Part shown: positions 18,970-27,996 of the stretch, piece after piece
Position numbering within the stretch: position 1 is the first letter of the stretch
Layout of the letters: every line of letters starts with the position of its first letter
Source: Rhodospirillales bacterium
Lineage (GTDB): Bacteria > Pseudomonadota > Alphaproteobacteria > Rhodospirillales > UBA2165
Direction: 5' to 3'
Length of the DNA: 64,000 nucleotides
NCBI GenBank assembly: GCA_012960465.1
Contig: DUBF01000092.1
Location: 19,995 to 83,994, forward strand
Made by a program: the position numbers and the translations under genes
Notes under the pieces: generated by a model
Databases searched by the model: none
Seen by the model: only the letters and a program-made list of their open reading frames with translations
What the model was told of the DNA's origin: nothing

Positions 18970-19989
18970 GTGATTTCAACTGGAATAAAGACAAAACTTA
19001 TCGCTGGGGCAGCTGCAGCGGTTATGTGTATCGGCACTGCGCAAGCAAAAGATTTTTATAAGATGTCGACAATCAGTTTGCCTACACCTTTTGCAATTAA
19101 CACTACTTTTGCCAAGATTGTACAGAAATATAACAAAGGTATTGAGATTCAAATTAACGCTACAGGCGCGGCTCCTCGTCATGCCTTGGACGCAGCCAAC
19201 GGCAAGACGGACTTATTTTTTGGTGCTCCCTCATTGATGTGGTTAATGAATAAGGGCGTCGCCATGTTTAAAAAGGTCAAGAATGCCCCCAAACTGGCCA
19301 AGAACATCCGTTTAATTTTTAACTATCGAATTGGAACCTATAATTTTGGTGTTTACGGTGATTCAGGCATAAAAACGTTGTTTGATATTAAGGGTAAACG
19401 CGTATTCATTGGCCCGCCAACCGGAGTGCAGAAAGTTGTATCCGCTCAGTTTATTGAGGCTGTGACGGGCTATAAAATGGGCAAAGATTATACCCCTGTT
19501 AAACTTGGTTTTAGCCCGGCCATGCAGGCATTCCAGGACAGGCAAATTGACATGATAGTGGCAACTTCGAATCACCCGGCTTCTTTTTTCTCGCAAGTAG
19601 CTTTAACCAGTAAAATTCGCTTCTTGGGTATTGTAGATCCAAAAGCTTGGGATGCGCCGTCAATGAAAAAGATGTTTCGTGTTCCTGGTAAATCCCGGGC
19701 TCTCATAGCACCTGACATTTACGGGAAAAATCAAGTCAATGAGAAGCCTACGCACACGATTTCTGCTTATACTGGGTTGTATACCCGCAAAGGTGTCCCA
19801 GAGGATGTTATCTACAAAATGACCAAAACATTTTGGGAGCATATTGATGAAATGTGGTCTGTAACTCGATGGGCTAAGGGTGCTCTGAATAAAAAAATGA
19901 TATTTAAACAGAATAGCACAAAATTGCATCCGGGTGCCCTTAAGTATTATAAGGAAATAGGACTAAAAATACCGGCTAGTGCGAAGTAA
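18970..19989 (+). CDS. TAXI-family TRAP solute-binding protein
   Basis: Signal peptide ending AQA/KD and a C-terminal LHPGALKYYKEIG signature typical of TAXI receptors. GTG start with GGGAGG upstream. Confidence 0.9.
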   Translation: MISTGIKTKLIAGAAAAVMCIGTAQAKDFYKMSTISLPTPFAINTTFAKIVQKYNKGIEIQINATGAAPRHALDAANGKTDLFFGAPSLMWLMNKGVAMFKKVKNAPKLAKNIRLIFNYRIGTYNFGVYGDSGIKTLFDIKGKRVFIGPPTGVQKVVSAQFIEAVTGYKMGKDYTPVKLGFSPAMQAFQDRQIDMIVATSNHPASFFSQVALTSKIRFLGIVDPKAWDAPSMKKMFRVPGKSRALIAPDIYGKNQVNEKPTHTISAYTGLYTRKGVPEDVIYKMTKTFWEHIDEMWSVTRWAKGALNKKMIFKQNSTKLHPGALKYYKEIGLKIPASAK

Positions 19990-20007
19990 CTCTATAAATT
20001 CGTCGAG

Positions 20008-20038
20008 AAACCCGTCCCTGTCTTGGGCGGGTTTTTTT
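20008..20038. terminator. Rho-independent terminator (bidirectional position between convergent genes)
   Basis: AAACCCGtCC / GGCGGGTTT stem with an 8-nt loop, followed by T7. It overlaps the stop codon of the convergent CoA-ligase gene. Confidence 0.7.
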
Positions 20039-21554
20039 ATACCATTTCTCGGAGCTGTGTTTTTAATACCTTGCCATAGTTATTTTTAGGCAGTTCTTGG
20101 ACAAAACGGTATTTTTTTGGCCTTTTGAAACGAGCTATATTGGCAATACAGAGTTCATCCAGCTCAATTTCTGTTACGGTGGTTCCATCCTTGCAGACGA
20201 TAAAGGCTATAACTTCTTCTCCCCATTCCGCGTTGGGTCGTCCTACAATCGATACTTCAGCAACATTTTCATTCTTTAACAAAACTTCTTCGACTTCTCG
20301 GGGGTAGATATTGGATCCGCCGGAGATTATGACGTCCTTCGAACGATCTTTTAGTGTAAGAAAACCCTCCGCATCGATTTCACCCATATCACCAGTATGT
20401 AACCATCCGTCACGTAATGTCTGGCGCGTCGCTTCTTCGTTTCGCCAATAGCCTATCATCACAACGTCGCCACGAACGCAAACCTCTCCCACCTCACCAT
20501 TTGCGAGGGTTCTATCATTTTCATCGACGATGCAAATTTCAAGGTCGCTTCTTGCGGTTCCTACAGATCCGAGTTTATGCAAATAACGCGGATCGTCGGT
20601 GGGTGTATGTGCGTCGCGAGAAAGAGCTGTTATCGTCATGGGAGACTCACCTTGTCCATATATTTGGACAAGCTTAGGGCCTAATACGTCCAAGGCTCGT
20701 TGGCAGTCTTCAACATACATTGGCCCTCCGCCGTAAATAATTGTTTTGAGATTACGGGTGTCCCCTTCCAATATTTTTTTAGAATCAATCAAGCGGGTAA
20801 CCATTGTTGGAGCGAAGAAGGCGTTCACATTTTTATGACTAAGTAATAAATCTGCGATCTCATCGGGGTCAAAGCCCCCGCTAGGTGGAATAATTTGTAA
20901 GGCGCCCTTTGCGACGTATGGCAATATATAGAGCCCCGATCCGTGAGACATCGGAGCCGCGTGCAGGAGACTATCCTGTTCATCAACGGGATCAACATCG
21001 CCAAAGTAGCTGATTGTCATCATTATAAGATTTCGATGGGTTAACATTGCCCCTTTGGGGCGCCCTGTGGTGCCACTGGTATAAAAAAGCCAGGCAACGT
21101 CGTCTGGCTTCGTTTCTGTCATAGTGATTTCTTTAGATTCTAGTAATTTACCATATTCTGCACTATCGGCGTTAAGGATTGTAAGTCCGGCATTCTCCTC
21201 ACTTGCTTCTTTGATACCCTTTTCTAGATCGTTTGTAACAAAACACAGGCTTGCCCCCGAGTTCTCTAATATAAATTCAAATTCGCGCAGATGCAGTTTA
21301 GCATTCATAGGGACTGCAGTAAGACCGGCGTGCCATGTGGCAAATAAAATTACACTGTAATTTGTGCAATTTTTCATGGCAATGCCAACGCGGTCACCGG
21401 CTTTGAGGCCAAAATTGTTTCTCATTGCTCCAGCTAATTGCTTCACGCTTTTAGCAAATTCTGAATAAGTTTGGACTGTTTCCTGACCATAAGCTATCGC
21501 AGGCCGGTCGGCCCAGGTTATACTTGATTTTGCTAAAAGGCTGGTGATATTCAT
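20037..21554 (-). CDS. AMP-dependent acyl-CoA synthetase
   Basis: YTSGTTGRPKG, GWLHTGDMG and PKNNYGKVLK motifs. 505 aa. Confidence 0.9.
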   Translation of the reverse strand: MNITSLLAKSSITWADRPAIAYGQETVQTYSEFAKSVKQLAGAMRNNFGLKAGDRVGIAMKNCTNYSVILFATWHAGLTAVPMNAKLHLREFEFILENSGASLCFVTNDLEKGIKEASEENAGLTILNADSAEYGKLLESKEITMTETKPDDVAWLFYTSGTTGRPKGAMLTHRNLIMMTISYFGDVDPVDEQDSLLHAAPMSHGSGLYILPYVAKGALQIIPPSGGFDPDEIADLLLSHKNVNAFFAPTMVTRLIDSKKILEGDTRNLKTIIYGGGPMYVEDCQRALDVLGPKLVQIYGQGESPMTITALSRDAHTPTDDPRYLHKLGSVGTARSDLEICIVDENDRTLANGEVGEVCVRGDVVMIGYWRNEEATRQTLRDGWLHTGDMGEIDAEGFLTLKDRSKDVIISGGSNIYPREVEEVLLKNENVAEVSIVGRPNAEWGEEVIAFIVCKDGTTVTEIELDELCIANIARFKRPKKYRFVQELPKNNYGKVLKTQLREMV

Positions 21555-21579
21555 TCTTTAGCTTTTCATATTGCGTTTG

Positions 21580-22113
21580 TTAGATCGGTTCTGCATTGAC
21601 TAAAATTGCTGCCAGGATACATGGATCATCTGTACGAACACTCCAGGAGTGGTTCGTTCCACGCTGTATCATAACATCACCCTGTTTGAGGCAGGTCTCA
21701 GCGCCGTCGTCTAGGATGGCCCATATTTCGCCCTTAAGAACAACAAGGTAGTCAACCGTTGACGTTTTATGCATCATTGCATCTTCACTCGTATCATCTG
21801 TGGCGTGGTCTGCGCCGATAGAGCTAAACGCTTCTTTTGCGTCGGCGTTGTCTCGCCAAGCCGAATCTGGCGGAAATTCAACAATTCTAAGAACAGTTCC
21901 GGATGCAGGTGGCTCTAAGACGATGGGCCGATCCGCGGCATCAGCATTACCACTATTATCAGCTGGCGCTGAGTTTGTGACCCAGAGATCCGTTAATGCC
22001 AACCCTGGCATGGATTCCATTTCTTTAACACTAGTAGCTATACCATCTTTAATAAAAATCGATTTGCCATTGGCATCGTGCCCCGTAACTACTCTTCTAA
22101 TTTTTTCTACCAT
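21580..22113 (-). CDS. Cupin-domain protein (monocupin)
   Basis: MHKTSTVDYLVVLKGEIWAILDDG...GDVMIQRGTNHSW, a cupin motif 1/2-like arrangement. 177 aa. Confidence 0.7.
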   Translation of the reverse strand: MVEKIRRVVTGHDANGKSIFIKDGIATSVKEMESMPGLALTDLWVTNSAPADNSGNADAADRPIVLEPPASGTVLRIVEFPPDSAWRDNADAKEAFSSIGADHATDDTSEDAMMHKTSTVDYLVVLKGEIWAILDDGAETCLKQGDVMIQRGTNHSWSVRTDDPCILAAILVNAEPI

Positions 22114-22136
22114 GGGTTTTCTCCTTATATAAAATT

Positions 22137-23123
22137 CTATGTTTTCACTATTATTTTATTACGTAAGGTTCCTATACCTTCAACTTCCAACTCTATAATA
22201 TCGCCCGGTGCAAGATAGCGTTCTAACTCTAGGCCAGAGCCTCCACCGACGGTTCCTGATCCAAAAAACTCACCTGGATAAAGTGTTTCCGATTTAGAAA
22301 TATAGCAAATCAAATCTTCAAATTTCCAATTGATAGAACTACTTGACCCCCGCGACCATTCTTCACCATTAACTCGAGCAATCATCGTTAAATTGTAGGG
22401 GTCAATTTCGTCGGCGGTGACAATACAGGGACCTATGATATTACCCGTATCAAAATCTTTACCCTTGGCTGGACCAAGGCCGCCTTGCATTTCAGTCGCC
22501 TGGATGTCGCGCGCGCTCATATCGTTAAAGATAGAATAGCCAAATATATGATCCATTGCCTTTTCACGCGAAATATCTCGACCTTTTTTACTTATGAAGA
22601 AACCAAATTCTAATTCAAAGTCCATCGTCTTTGCATAATATGGCCAAATCACATCCTGGTCCGTTCCAATTACGGAGAAACGATTTGCTTTGTAGTAGAT
22701 GGGCTGTTGGTACCAAACCTCTGGAATTTTGAATAACCCCTGTTTTTCATATTGAAGCAGAGCAGCTTCGGGATCCACCTCACCTGCAGCCTTAATTTTT
22801 TGCAACACCTCATAGGCTTGAATTAGATGTTCCTCAAAACAAAGGCAGTCACGGATTTGAGGAGGTTCTGGAATAGGGGTGCACAAGGTCACAGATTTAG
22901 CTTCAAAAATTGCCTCCGAATGGGGTTTGTCGAGCTCTTTATTTATATCTGCCAATGCCTTTTCATTGCCTTTAATTATGTTGAGAACCGATATGAGATC
23001 AGGGTTGTATTTATGATTATTCATTTGACTGGAAGATGCCAGATCTAAAATTTTCTTTCCGTCGGCTATTAGAACTCCAGCGCACTCTTTTTTTTTGTCA
23101 TTTAAGAAAGTTACTAATTTCAT
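22137..23123 (-). CDS. Fumarylacetoacetate hydrolase (FAH) family protein
   Basis: C-terminal LYPGEFFGSGTVGGGSGLE and central FAH-fold motifs. I prefer ATG 23123 (MKLVTF...) preceded by GAGGGGGGAG over the track's start at 23210. Confidence 0.85.
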   Translation of the reverse strand: MKLVTFLNDKKKECAGVLIADGKKILDLASSSQMNNHKYNPDLISVLNIIKGNEKALADINKELDKPHSEAIFEAKSVTLCTPIPEPPQIRDCLCFEEHLIQAYEVLQKIKAAGEVDPEAALLQYEKQGLFKIPEVWYQQPIYYKANRFSVIGTDQDVIWPYYAKTMDFELEFGFFISKKGRDISREKAMDHIFGYSIFNDMSARDIQATEMQGGLGPAKGKDFDTGNIIGPCIVTADEIDPYNLTMIARVNGEEWSRGSSSSINWKFEDLICYISKSETLYPGEFFGSGTVGGGSGLELERYLAPGDIIELEVEGIGTLRNKIIVKT

Positions 23124-23253
23124 CGGCTCCCCCCTCGTTACGAGACAATTCTTTATTATAATCATAGCAAAGTGAAACTTTAAGCCAATACCTTTAGAGA
23201 TAGAAAACAAGGTAGTATTGTTAAGGACGAGCTAAATAGAATGGAAAAAAGGT

Positions 23254-24207
23254 ATGGAATTTACGACACTTGGTCGGACGGAACTTAACGTAAGTGTAGC
23301 AAGTCTTGGTTGCGGAGGGGGAAGTGCCCTTGGTAAATCCAGTGGCAAGAGTGAAGAACATTCAATCAATGTTGTCAGAAAGGCGATGGATTTAGGCGTG
23401 AACTTTCTCGATACTGCCAACGCCTATGGCACCGAAACCATTGTCGGTAAGGCAATTAAAGATGTACCACGTGATCAGGTTGTTATTTCGACAAAACATC
23501 ACGCTGCGTGGCAAGGAAGAATTTATTCGTCTGAAAATGTTGTGGCTGGTTTAGATAATTCACTGCGCGCCTTGAACACAGACTACGTGGATATATTCCA
23601 TTTACACGGCGTCGCGCCAAAATATTTTGATCATGCCATGACATTAGTACCACAATTACTTAAAGAAAAAGAGAAAGGTAAATTTCGCTTTCTAGGTATC
23701 ACTGAATCGGCTCCTGCAGATCCAAAACAACGTTCACTCTCAAAAGCTTTAGATGCCGATTGTTTCGATGTGATGATGTTTGCCTTTTCACTTATGAACC
23801 ATAATGCGAAAAAAGTACTTTTTCCAAGAACGATGGAGAAAAGTATAGGTACAATGGTGATGTTCGCTGTTCGAAGTTTATTTTCAGTTCCTGGCCGTTT
23901 GCAGCGCGATATTAAAGAGCTTGTCGATAAGGACCAACTACCTCGTTGGTTTTCCGAGACAGAAAACCCCCTCGGATTTCTAATAAAAGAAGGCGGTGCG
24001 AATAGCGTGATGGATGCCTGTTATCGATATGCTCGTCATGAAAAGGGTGCCGATACGGTGCTTTTTGGAACTGGTAGTTTGGAGCATTTAGAAATCAATC
24101 TTGCATCTATCCTGGCACCCCGTTTGCCGAAAGAAGTTCTTAATAAGATAGACGAGTATTTTGGGCATCTCAAAGGTGTAGGATTAGACTTCCCCGGAAA
24201 GAAATAG
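23254..24207 (+). CDS. Aldo/keto reductase
   Basis: 317 aa with LGCGGG..., GVNFLDTANAYG and VISTKH motifs. A hairpin with a T-run lies at about 24213-24241. Confidence 0.9.
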   Translation: MEFTTLGRTELNVSVASLGCGGGSALGKSSGKSEEHSINVVRKAMDLGVNFLDTANAYGTETIVGKAIKDVPRDQVVISTKHHAAWQGRIYSSENVVAGLDNSLRALNTDYVDIFHLHGVAPKYFDHAMTLVPQLLKEKEKGKFRFLGITESAPADPKQRSLSKALDADCFDVMMFAFSLMNHNAKKVLFPRTMEKSIGTMVMFAVRSLFSVPGRLQRDIKELVDKDQLPRWFSETENPLGFLIKEGGANSVMDACYRYARHEKGADTVLFGTGSLEHLEINLASILAPRLPKEVLNKIDEYFGHLKGVGLDFPGKK

Positions 24208-24340
24208 AAAAAGCCCGCTGTGAGTGATCAGTGGACTTTTTAATTAATAAATTTGATAGTTATTTTTTCTTTGCTTTAGCTTTCTTAGTAAACGACGTTT
24301 TATATATTTCCCCCACTTTCTATCAGGTTTTAATTGCTTA

Positions 24341-25294
24341 TTATTTATTGGCCATTCGTGGTTTCTTGGGAATTTTTGCTATACGTGTTTCTGCGCCAGC
24401 ACCCCATTGAACGTCTAGAGCGGTATCTGCGGGGGTGTTGCCCATTGGTATATCATTATTTAGGAGATCCCCATCAGTCCAATGCTCTACCCTAAAGCCC
24501 AAAGGATCAAACCAATAGTCAAATATTTGAGAGCCCAATATATGGCGCCCGATACCCCATGAATGATGGTATCTCATAGACTTAAGGTGTTCGTGTCCCA
24601 TGTATATGGCATTGATATCCTCTACCTCAAAAGCGAGGTGACCAAGACTAGCCTCATCTGCTGGAACAGTCAGAAGCGTGTGATGGTCAACATATTTTTT
24701 GCCTTTATCTAAACGGTTAAAGGCAAAAATAGTTTCCCCTTCTTTATCTTGGCATTCATCTGAGCTGATGAAGCCAAAATTATTTTTATAAAATGCATCG
24801 CTGGCATTAAAATTAGTAACATTTAAGACGATGTGGCCCACGCGTTTACATTGAACTGGCCCTGGTTCAAGCCGAACTAGCTCTCCTTTTCGTCGGATAT
24901 TGCTCCCATTATTTGTTTTGTAGCTGTTTCTTACCGGAATGTGTTCCAATGACGCAATGCCATGTACAATTTCAACCTCAAAACCATCTGGATCTTTGAT
25001 TCGTACACGTTTTCCACCACCCGGCTCATTAATTTCTTCTACGTTTGATGCCCCTGGAGATTTAGATAGTATGTCTAAATCAGACTCATCTGCTGCGTAG
25101 AATGCGGGGCCAATAAACTTTGGTTCGCCAAGCTCGGTAATATGGACATGATGATCTTTGTCAGTTGCTCGCATGTAAAGCGCAGTTTCCGTGCGAGCGG
25201 AGCGGGCAAGACCAAAATGTTTTAGAAAAGTTTCCATCTCATCTAAGTCAGGGGCTTGAAATCTTGCGTAAGCGAGGTCTGTGACTTTAATCAA
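24341..25294 (-). CDS. Two-domain VOC-superfamily extradiol ring-cleavage dioxygenase-like protein
   Basis: 317 aa with two glyoxalase/bleomycin-resistance/dioxygenase modules (RVGHIVLNV..., HLAFEV..., GRHILGSQIFDYWFDP). Confidence 0.75.
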   Translation of the reverse strand: MIKVTDLAYARFQAPDLDEMETFLKHFGLARSARTETALYMRATDKDHHVHITELGEPKFIGPAFYAADESDLDILSKSPGASNVEEINEPGGGKRVRIKDPDGFEVEIVHGIASLEHIPVRNSYKTNNGSNIRRKGELVRLEPGPVQCKRVGHIVLNVTNFNASDAFYKNNFGFISSDECQDKEGETIFAFNRLDKGKKYVDHHTLLTVPADEASLGHLAFEVEDINAIYMGHEHLKSMRYHHSWGIGRHILGSQIFDYWFDPLGFRVEHWTDGDLLNNDIPMGNTPADTALDVQWGAGAETRIAKIPKKPRMANK

Positions 25295-25487
25295 GGATTA
25301 TTTCCTAGCCTAACTAGCTGTTAAAATCAGAATTCATTTGGTTATTAAAACTTGCCATATTATGAGTTTTAGATCAATTAGGCATAAATAGGCGACTAAT
25401 TAGCATTTAAAGACAAATAAAATAACGTAATTCTATACTTGATTTCTATTGTTGAAAACAAAACAAATAAAATAATTGGAAAGCCTT

Positions 25488-26474
25488 ATGACAAAAGCTA
25501 TCGTGATTCATAAATATGGTGGGCCGGAAGTACTTCAATGGGAGGATGTTGAAGTTGGCAATCCAGGACCAGATGAAGTTCGGATTAAACATGAAGCAAT
25601 TGGCCTTAATTTTCGCGATACTTACCATCGATCTGGCTCCTATGGAGTTCCAGGAAACAAATTTCCAGCGATTATTGGGGGCGACGGTGCTGGTACCATC
25701 GAGGGGATTGGCAGCCGTGTAAGCAATTTAATTGTTGGTCAGCGTGTTGCCTATGGTAATGGACCCATGGGTTCTTATTCACAATCTCGTCTGATGCCAG
25801 CTGAATTTGTTTTGGCGCTACCTGATGATATAGATTACCAAACGGCTGCCGCGATGATGGTTAAAGGTATGGCGGCACAATATTTAATCCGTTCCTGCTT
25901 TGATGTTAAGCCAGATGATACAATTCTTATTCATGCTGTTGCAGGTGGTGTTGGTCTTATTCTGTGTCAATGGGCAAAGCATTTAGGCGCAACAGTTATT
26001 GGCACCGTAAGTACAGATGAGAAAGCAGAATTAGCAACATCTTATGGCTGTGATTACACGATTAATTATACCACTGAGAATTTTTCAAAAAGGGTAAGAG
26101 AGATTACTAAAGGTGAAGGCGTACCGGTCGTCTATGATGGAGTTGGGGCTGCGACGTTTGAAGGGTCTATTGATAGTCTTAGGGCTCAAGGAAAATTAGT
26201 TGGTTATGGAAATGCATCAGGTAATTTCCCAAAATTTGATCCGTTTTTGCTTATGGATAAAGGATCGTTGTCATTTCAAAGAACAAATATGAACCATTTT
26301 ATAAGAACACGTAAAGAGCTTGAGAATGTATCCGGCGAGCTTATGGAACTCGTTCAAGCCGGTACAATTAAAATTGAGATTGGCAATACTTATAAATTGC
26401 AAAACGCAATGCAGGCACATATTGATTTGGAGACCCGGAAGACAAGTGGGTCTGTAGTGTATTTACCACTATGA
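25488..26474 (+). CDS. NADPH:quinone oxidoreductase (MDR / zeta-crystallin family)
   Basis: MTKAIVIHKYGGPEVL..., AVAGGVGL cofactor motif and C-terminal SGSVVYLP. Confidence 0.9.
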   Translation: MTKAIVIHKYGGPEVLQWEDVEVGNPGPDEVRIKHEAIGLNFRDTYHRSGSYGVPGNKFPAIIGGDGAGTIEGIGSRVSNLIVGQRVAYGNGPMGSYSQSRLMPAEFVLALPDDIDYQTAAAMMVKGMAAQYLIRSCFDVKPDDTILIHAVAGGVGLILCQWAKHLGATVIGTVSTDEKAELATSYGCDYTINYTTENFSKRVREITKGEGVPVVYDGVGAATFEGSIDSLRAQGKLVGYGNASGNFPKFDPFLLMDKGSLSFQRTNMNHFIRTRKELENVSGELMELVQAGTIKIEIGNTYKLQNAMQAHIDLETRKTSGSVVYLPL

Positions 26475-26521
26475 TAAGGTGGGTTCTGGTGTTAGAAAAT
26501 TTTAGATTATGCTACCATCTA

Positions 26522-26572
26522 CAAACAAGAGTATGACTAGCGTATGCTATTTGATTACCATACTCTTGTTTG
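26522..26572. repeat. Perfect 14-bp inverted repeat (CAAACAAGAGTATG / CATACTCTTGTTTG) with a 23-nt loop
   Basis: Read directly. The right arm lies inside the last codons of the YciI-like gene and the loop contains its stop codon. The repeat is 48 nt downstream of the convergent qor-like stop. Confidence 0.8.
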
Positions 26573-26945
26573 AAAATGTTAAGTCGACAGTCACCTTACC
26601 TTCATTTAAAAGCCACGGCCTAATTTTATAAGAACGAGCGCCCGCTTTGTGCATTGGGTCATTATCAGCAATTACTTTGGCAGCAGCCATAGAGTCTGCA
26701 CGGATGATTACCATGCCATCGCCGTCCCAGTTTTGTTCTGCGTCATCGGAAAAGGGGCCGGCCCCAAACATGATCCCTTCATCTTGTATTTTATTTTGAT
26801 ACGCCAGATGTTCATCTAATACCTCCATAATCGGACCTAGTCCATTAACCGGAGATGTAAACACGACGTATAATTTTTTTGCTAGTAAGCCGAGGTCCGA
26901 GCATTGGCCGACCATTTCATTCCATGTAGGACCATTGTTAGGCAT
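26547..26945 (-). CDS. YciI-like family protein
   Basis: 132 aa with LDEHLAYQ...GIMFGAGPF...DPMHKAGARSYKIRPW, a pattern typical of the YCII domain. Confidence 0.7.
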   Translation of the reverse strand: MPNNGPTWNEMVGQCSDLGLLAKKLYVVFTSPVNGLGPIMEVLDEHLAYQNKIQDEGIMFGAGPFSDDAEQNWDGDGMVIIRADSMAAAKVIADNDPMHKAGARSYKIRPWLLNEGKVTVDLTFSNKSMVIK

Positions 26946-27024
26946 AATCTTTCCTCCGTTAAAATAGAAACTGGATGTTTCGAAGTTATCACAAAAACTG
27001 ATTAACCCATCGGTAACCTTGAGC

Positions 27025-27570
27025 CTATACTTCTAGTGTGCTTCCATCGGCGGTAGGTATTTTAAAAACATTAAGTTGAATAGCTATATTACAGTAATAA
27101 CCAATAATTGCAGTTAATTCGAGTAGGGATTTCTTTCCCATTTTATCTTCAGCAATTTGAAACAACTCATCAGTGAGGCCTTTGGTATCGAGTATAGATC
27201 TTGTAATATCAAAAATAAGTGTCTCATCCTCTTCTGTAAAATTTGGGCGTTTATGTAGCTTTATGTTGTCTATAGTTTCCTGCGAAATTCCATTCTTCAG
27301 AGCAATTCTGCTATGGGCGAACCATTCGACGCTGGCATTCCAATGACGTGCAACTATGATTATTGCGAGTTCGGATAGTCTGGGTTCTAAGGACGTCTCA
27401 TAGCGGCAAAAAGCACCAACCTTTTGGATTAAAGAACCATAACTCGGATTCAAAAACCAGGTGTGCATAGGGCCGGCTATTTGGGTCCTGGGTCCCGATA
27501 AAATTTCATCATGGAGACCTTTTTGATCGGGGCTCATATCTTCATATTTTAGAGTTGGCAATCTGCTCAA
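27025..27570 (-). CDS. Carboxymuconolactone decarboxylase (AhpD-like) family protein
   Basis: 181 aa with SELAIIIVARHWNASVEWFAHSRIALKNGIS, a CMD-domain pattern. Confidence 0.75.
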   Translation of the reverse strand: MSRLPTLKYEDMSPDQKGLHDEILSGPRTQIAGPMHTWFLNPSYGSLIQKVGAFCRYETSLEPRLSELAIIIVARHWNASVEWFAHSRIALKNGISQETIDNIKLHKRPNFTEEDETLIFDITRSILDTKGLTDELFQIAEDKMGKKSLLELTAIIGYYCNIAIQLNVFKIPTADGSTLEV

Positions 27571-27996
27571 TTTTAAATTCCTTTTTATCGTTTTTTTCTT
27601 TTAATGTATCTCAGGTTAATTTTTAGCGCTAAAAAATTCTATTCGTTGTGGCTAACATAACATAATGGGGTCTTTGGTAAAGCTGACCACTGTTAGTGTG
27701 TTAGCTTATTTGAGAATAATTGATCATGGGACTGTCATTTTATTCTATAAAAGTATTATAAAAATAAACTAAAGTAGATATTTGGTTTATTAAATCGTAC
27801 TTACTTAAAATTTCAACTGAATCTATAAAGTGAATTAGAGATCCCTGTTAAACAAATTAAAAGGAAACGGTTATTTGAGTTATAGAATTTCTGGCTTTTC
27901 ATTGACGCTAATGTTCCTTATACAACTTAAACGGTCAGTTGAAATTCTAGCCTAAATTAGTATAGAAATTAGATAACAATATCTAAAAAATGTTGA

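Noticed and set aside
23124-23210. 29-codon N-terminal extension of the second FAH gene (track start at 23210).
   Set aside because: The extension (MFSISKGIGLKFHFAMIIIKNCLVTRGEP) has no family counterpart. ATG 23123 is preceded by a strong GAGGGGGGAG SD and gives the usual MKLVTF... FAH-family N-terminus.
24113-24127. Perfect sigma54-type promoter match TGGCAC-N5-TTGC (TGGCACCCCGTTTGC) on the plus strand.
   Set aside because: It lies inside the 3' end of the aldo/keto reductase coding sequence. A terminator-like hairpin follows, and then a gene on the opposite strand, so there is nothing for it to drive. No enhancer-binding protein gene is nearby. It is most likely a chance match.
27665-27772. 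35-codon small ORF (MGSLVKLTTVSVLAYLRIIDHGTVILFYKSIIKIN) in the long AT-rich gap.
   Set aside because: There is no Shine-Dalgarno sequence upstream, and in AT-rich sequence short ORFs arise by chance. I recognise no similarity. It cannot be supported from sequence alone.
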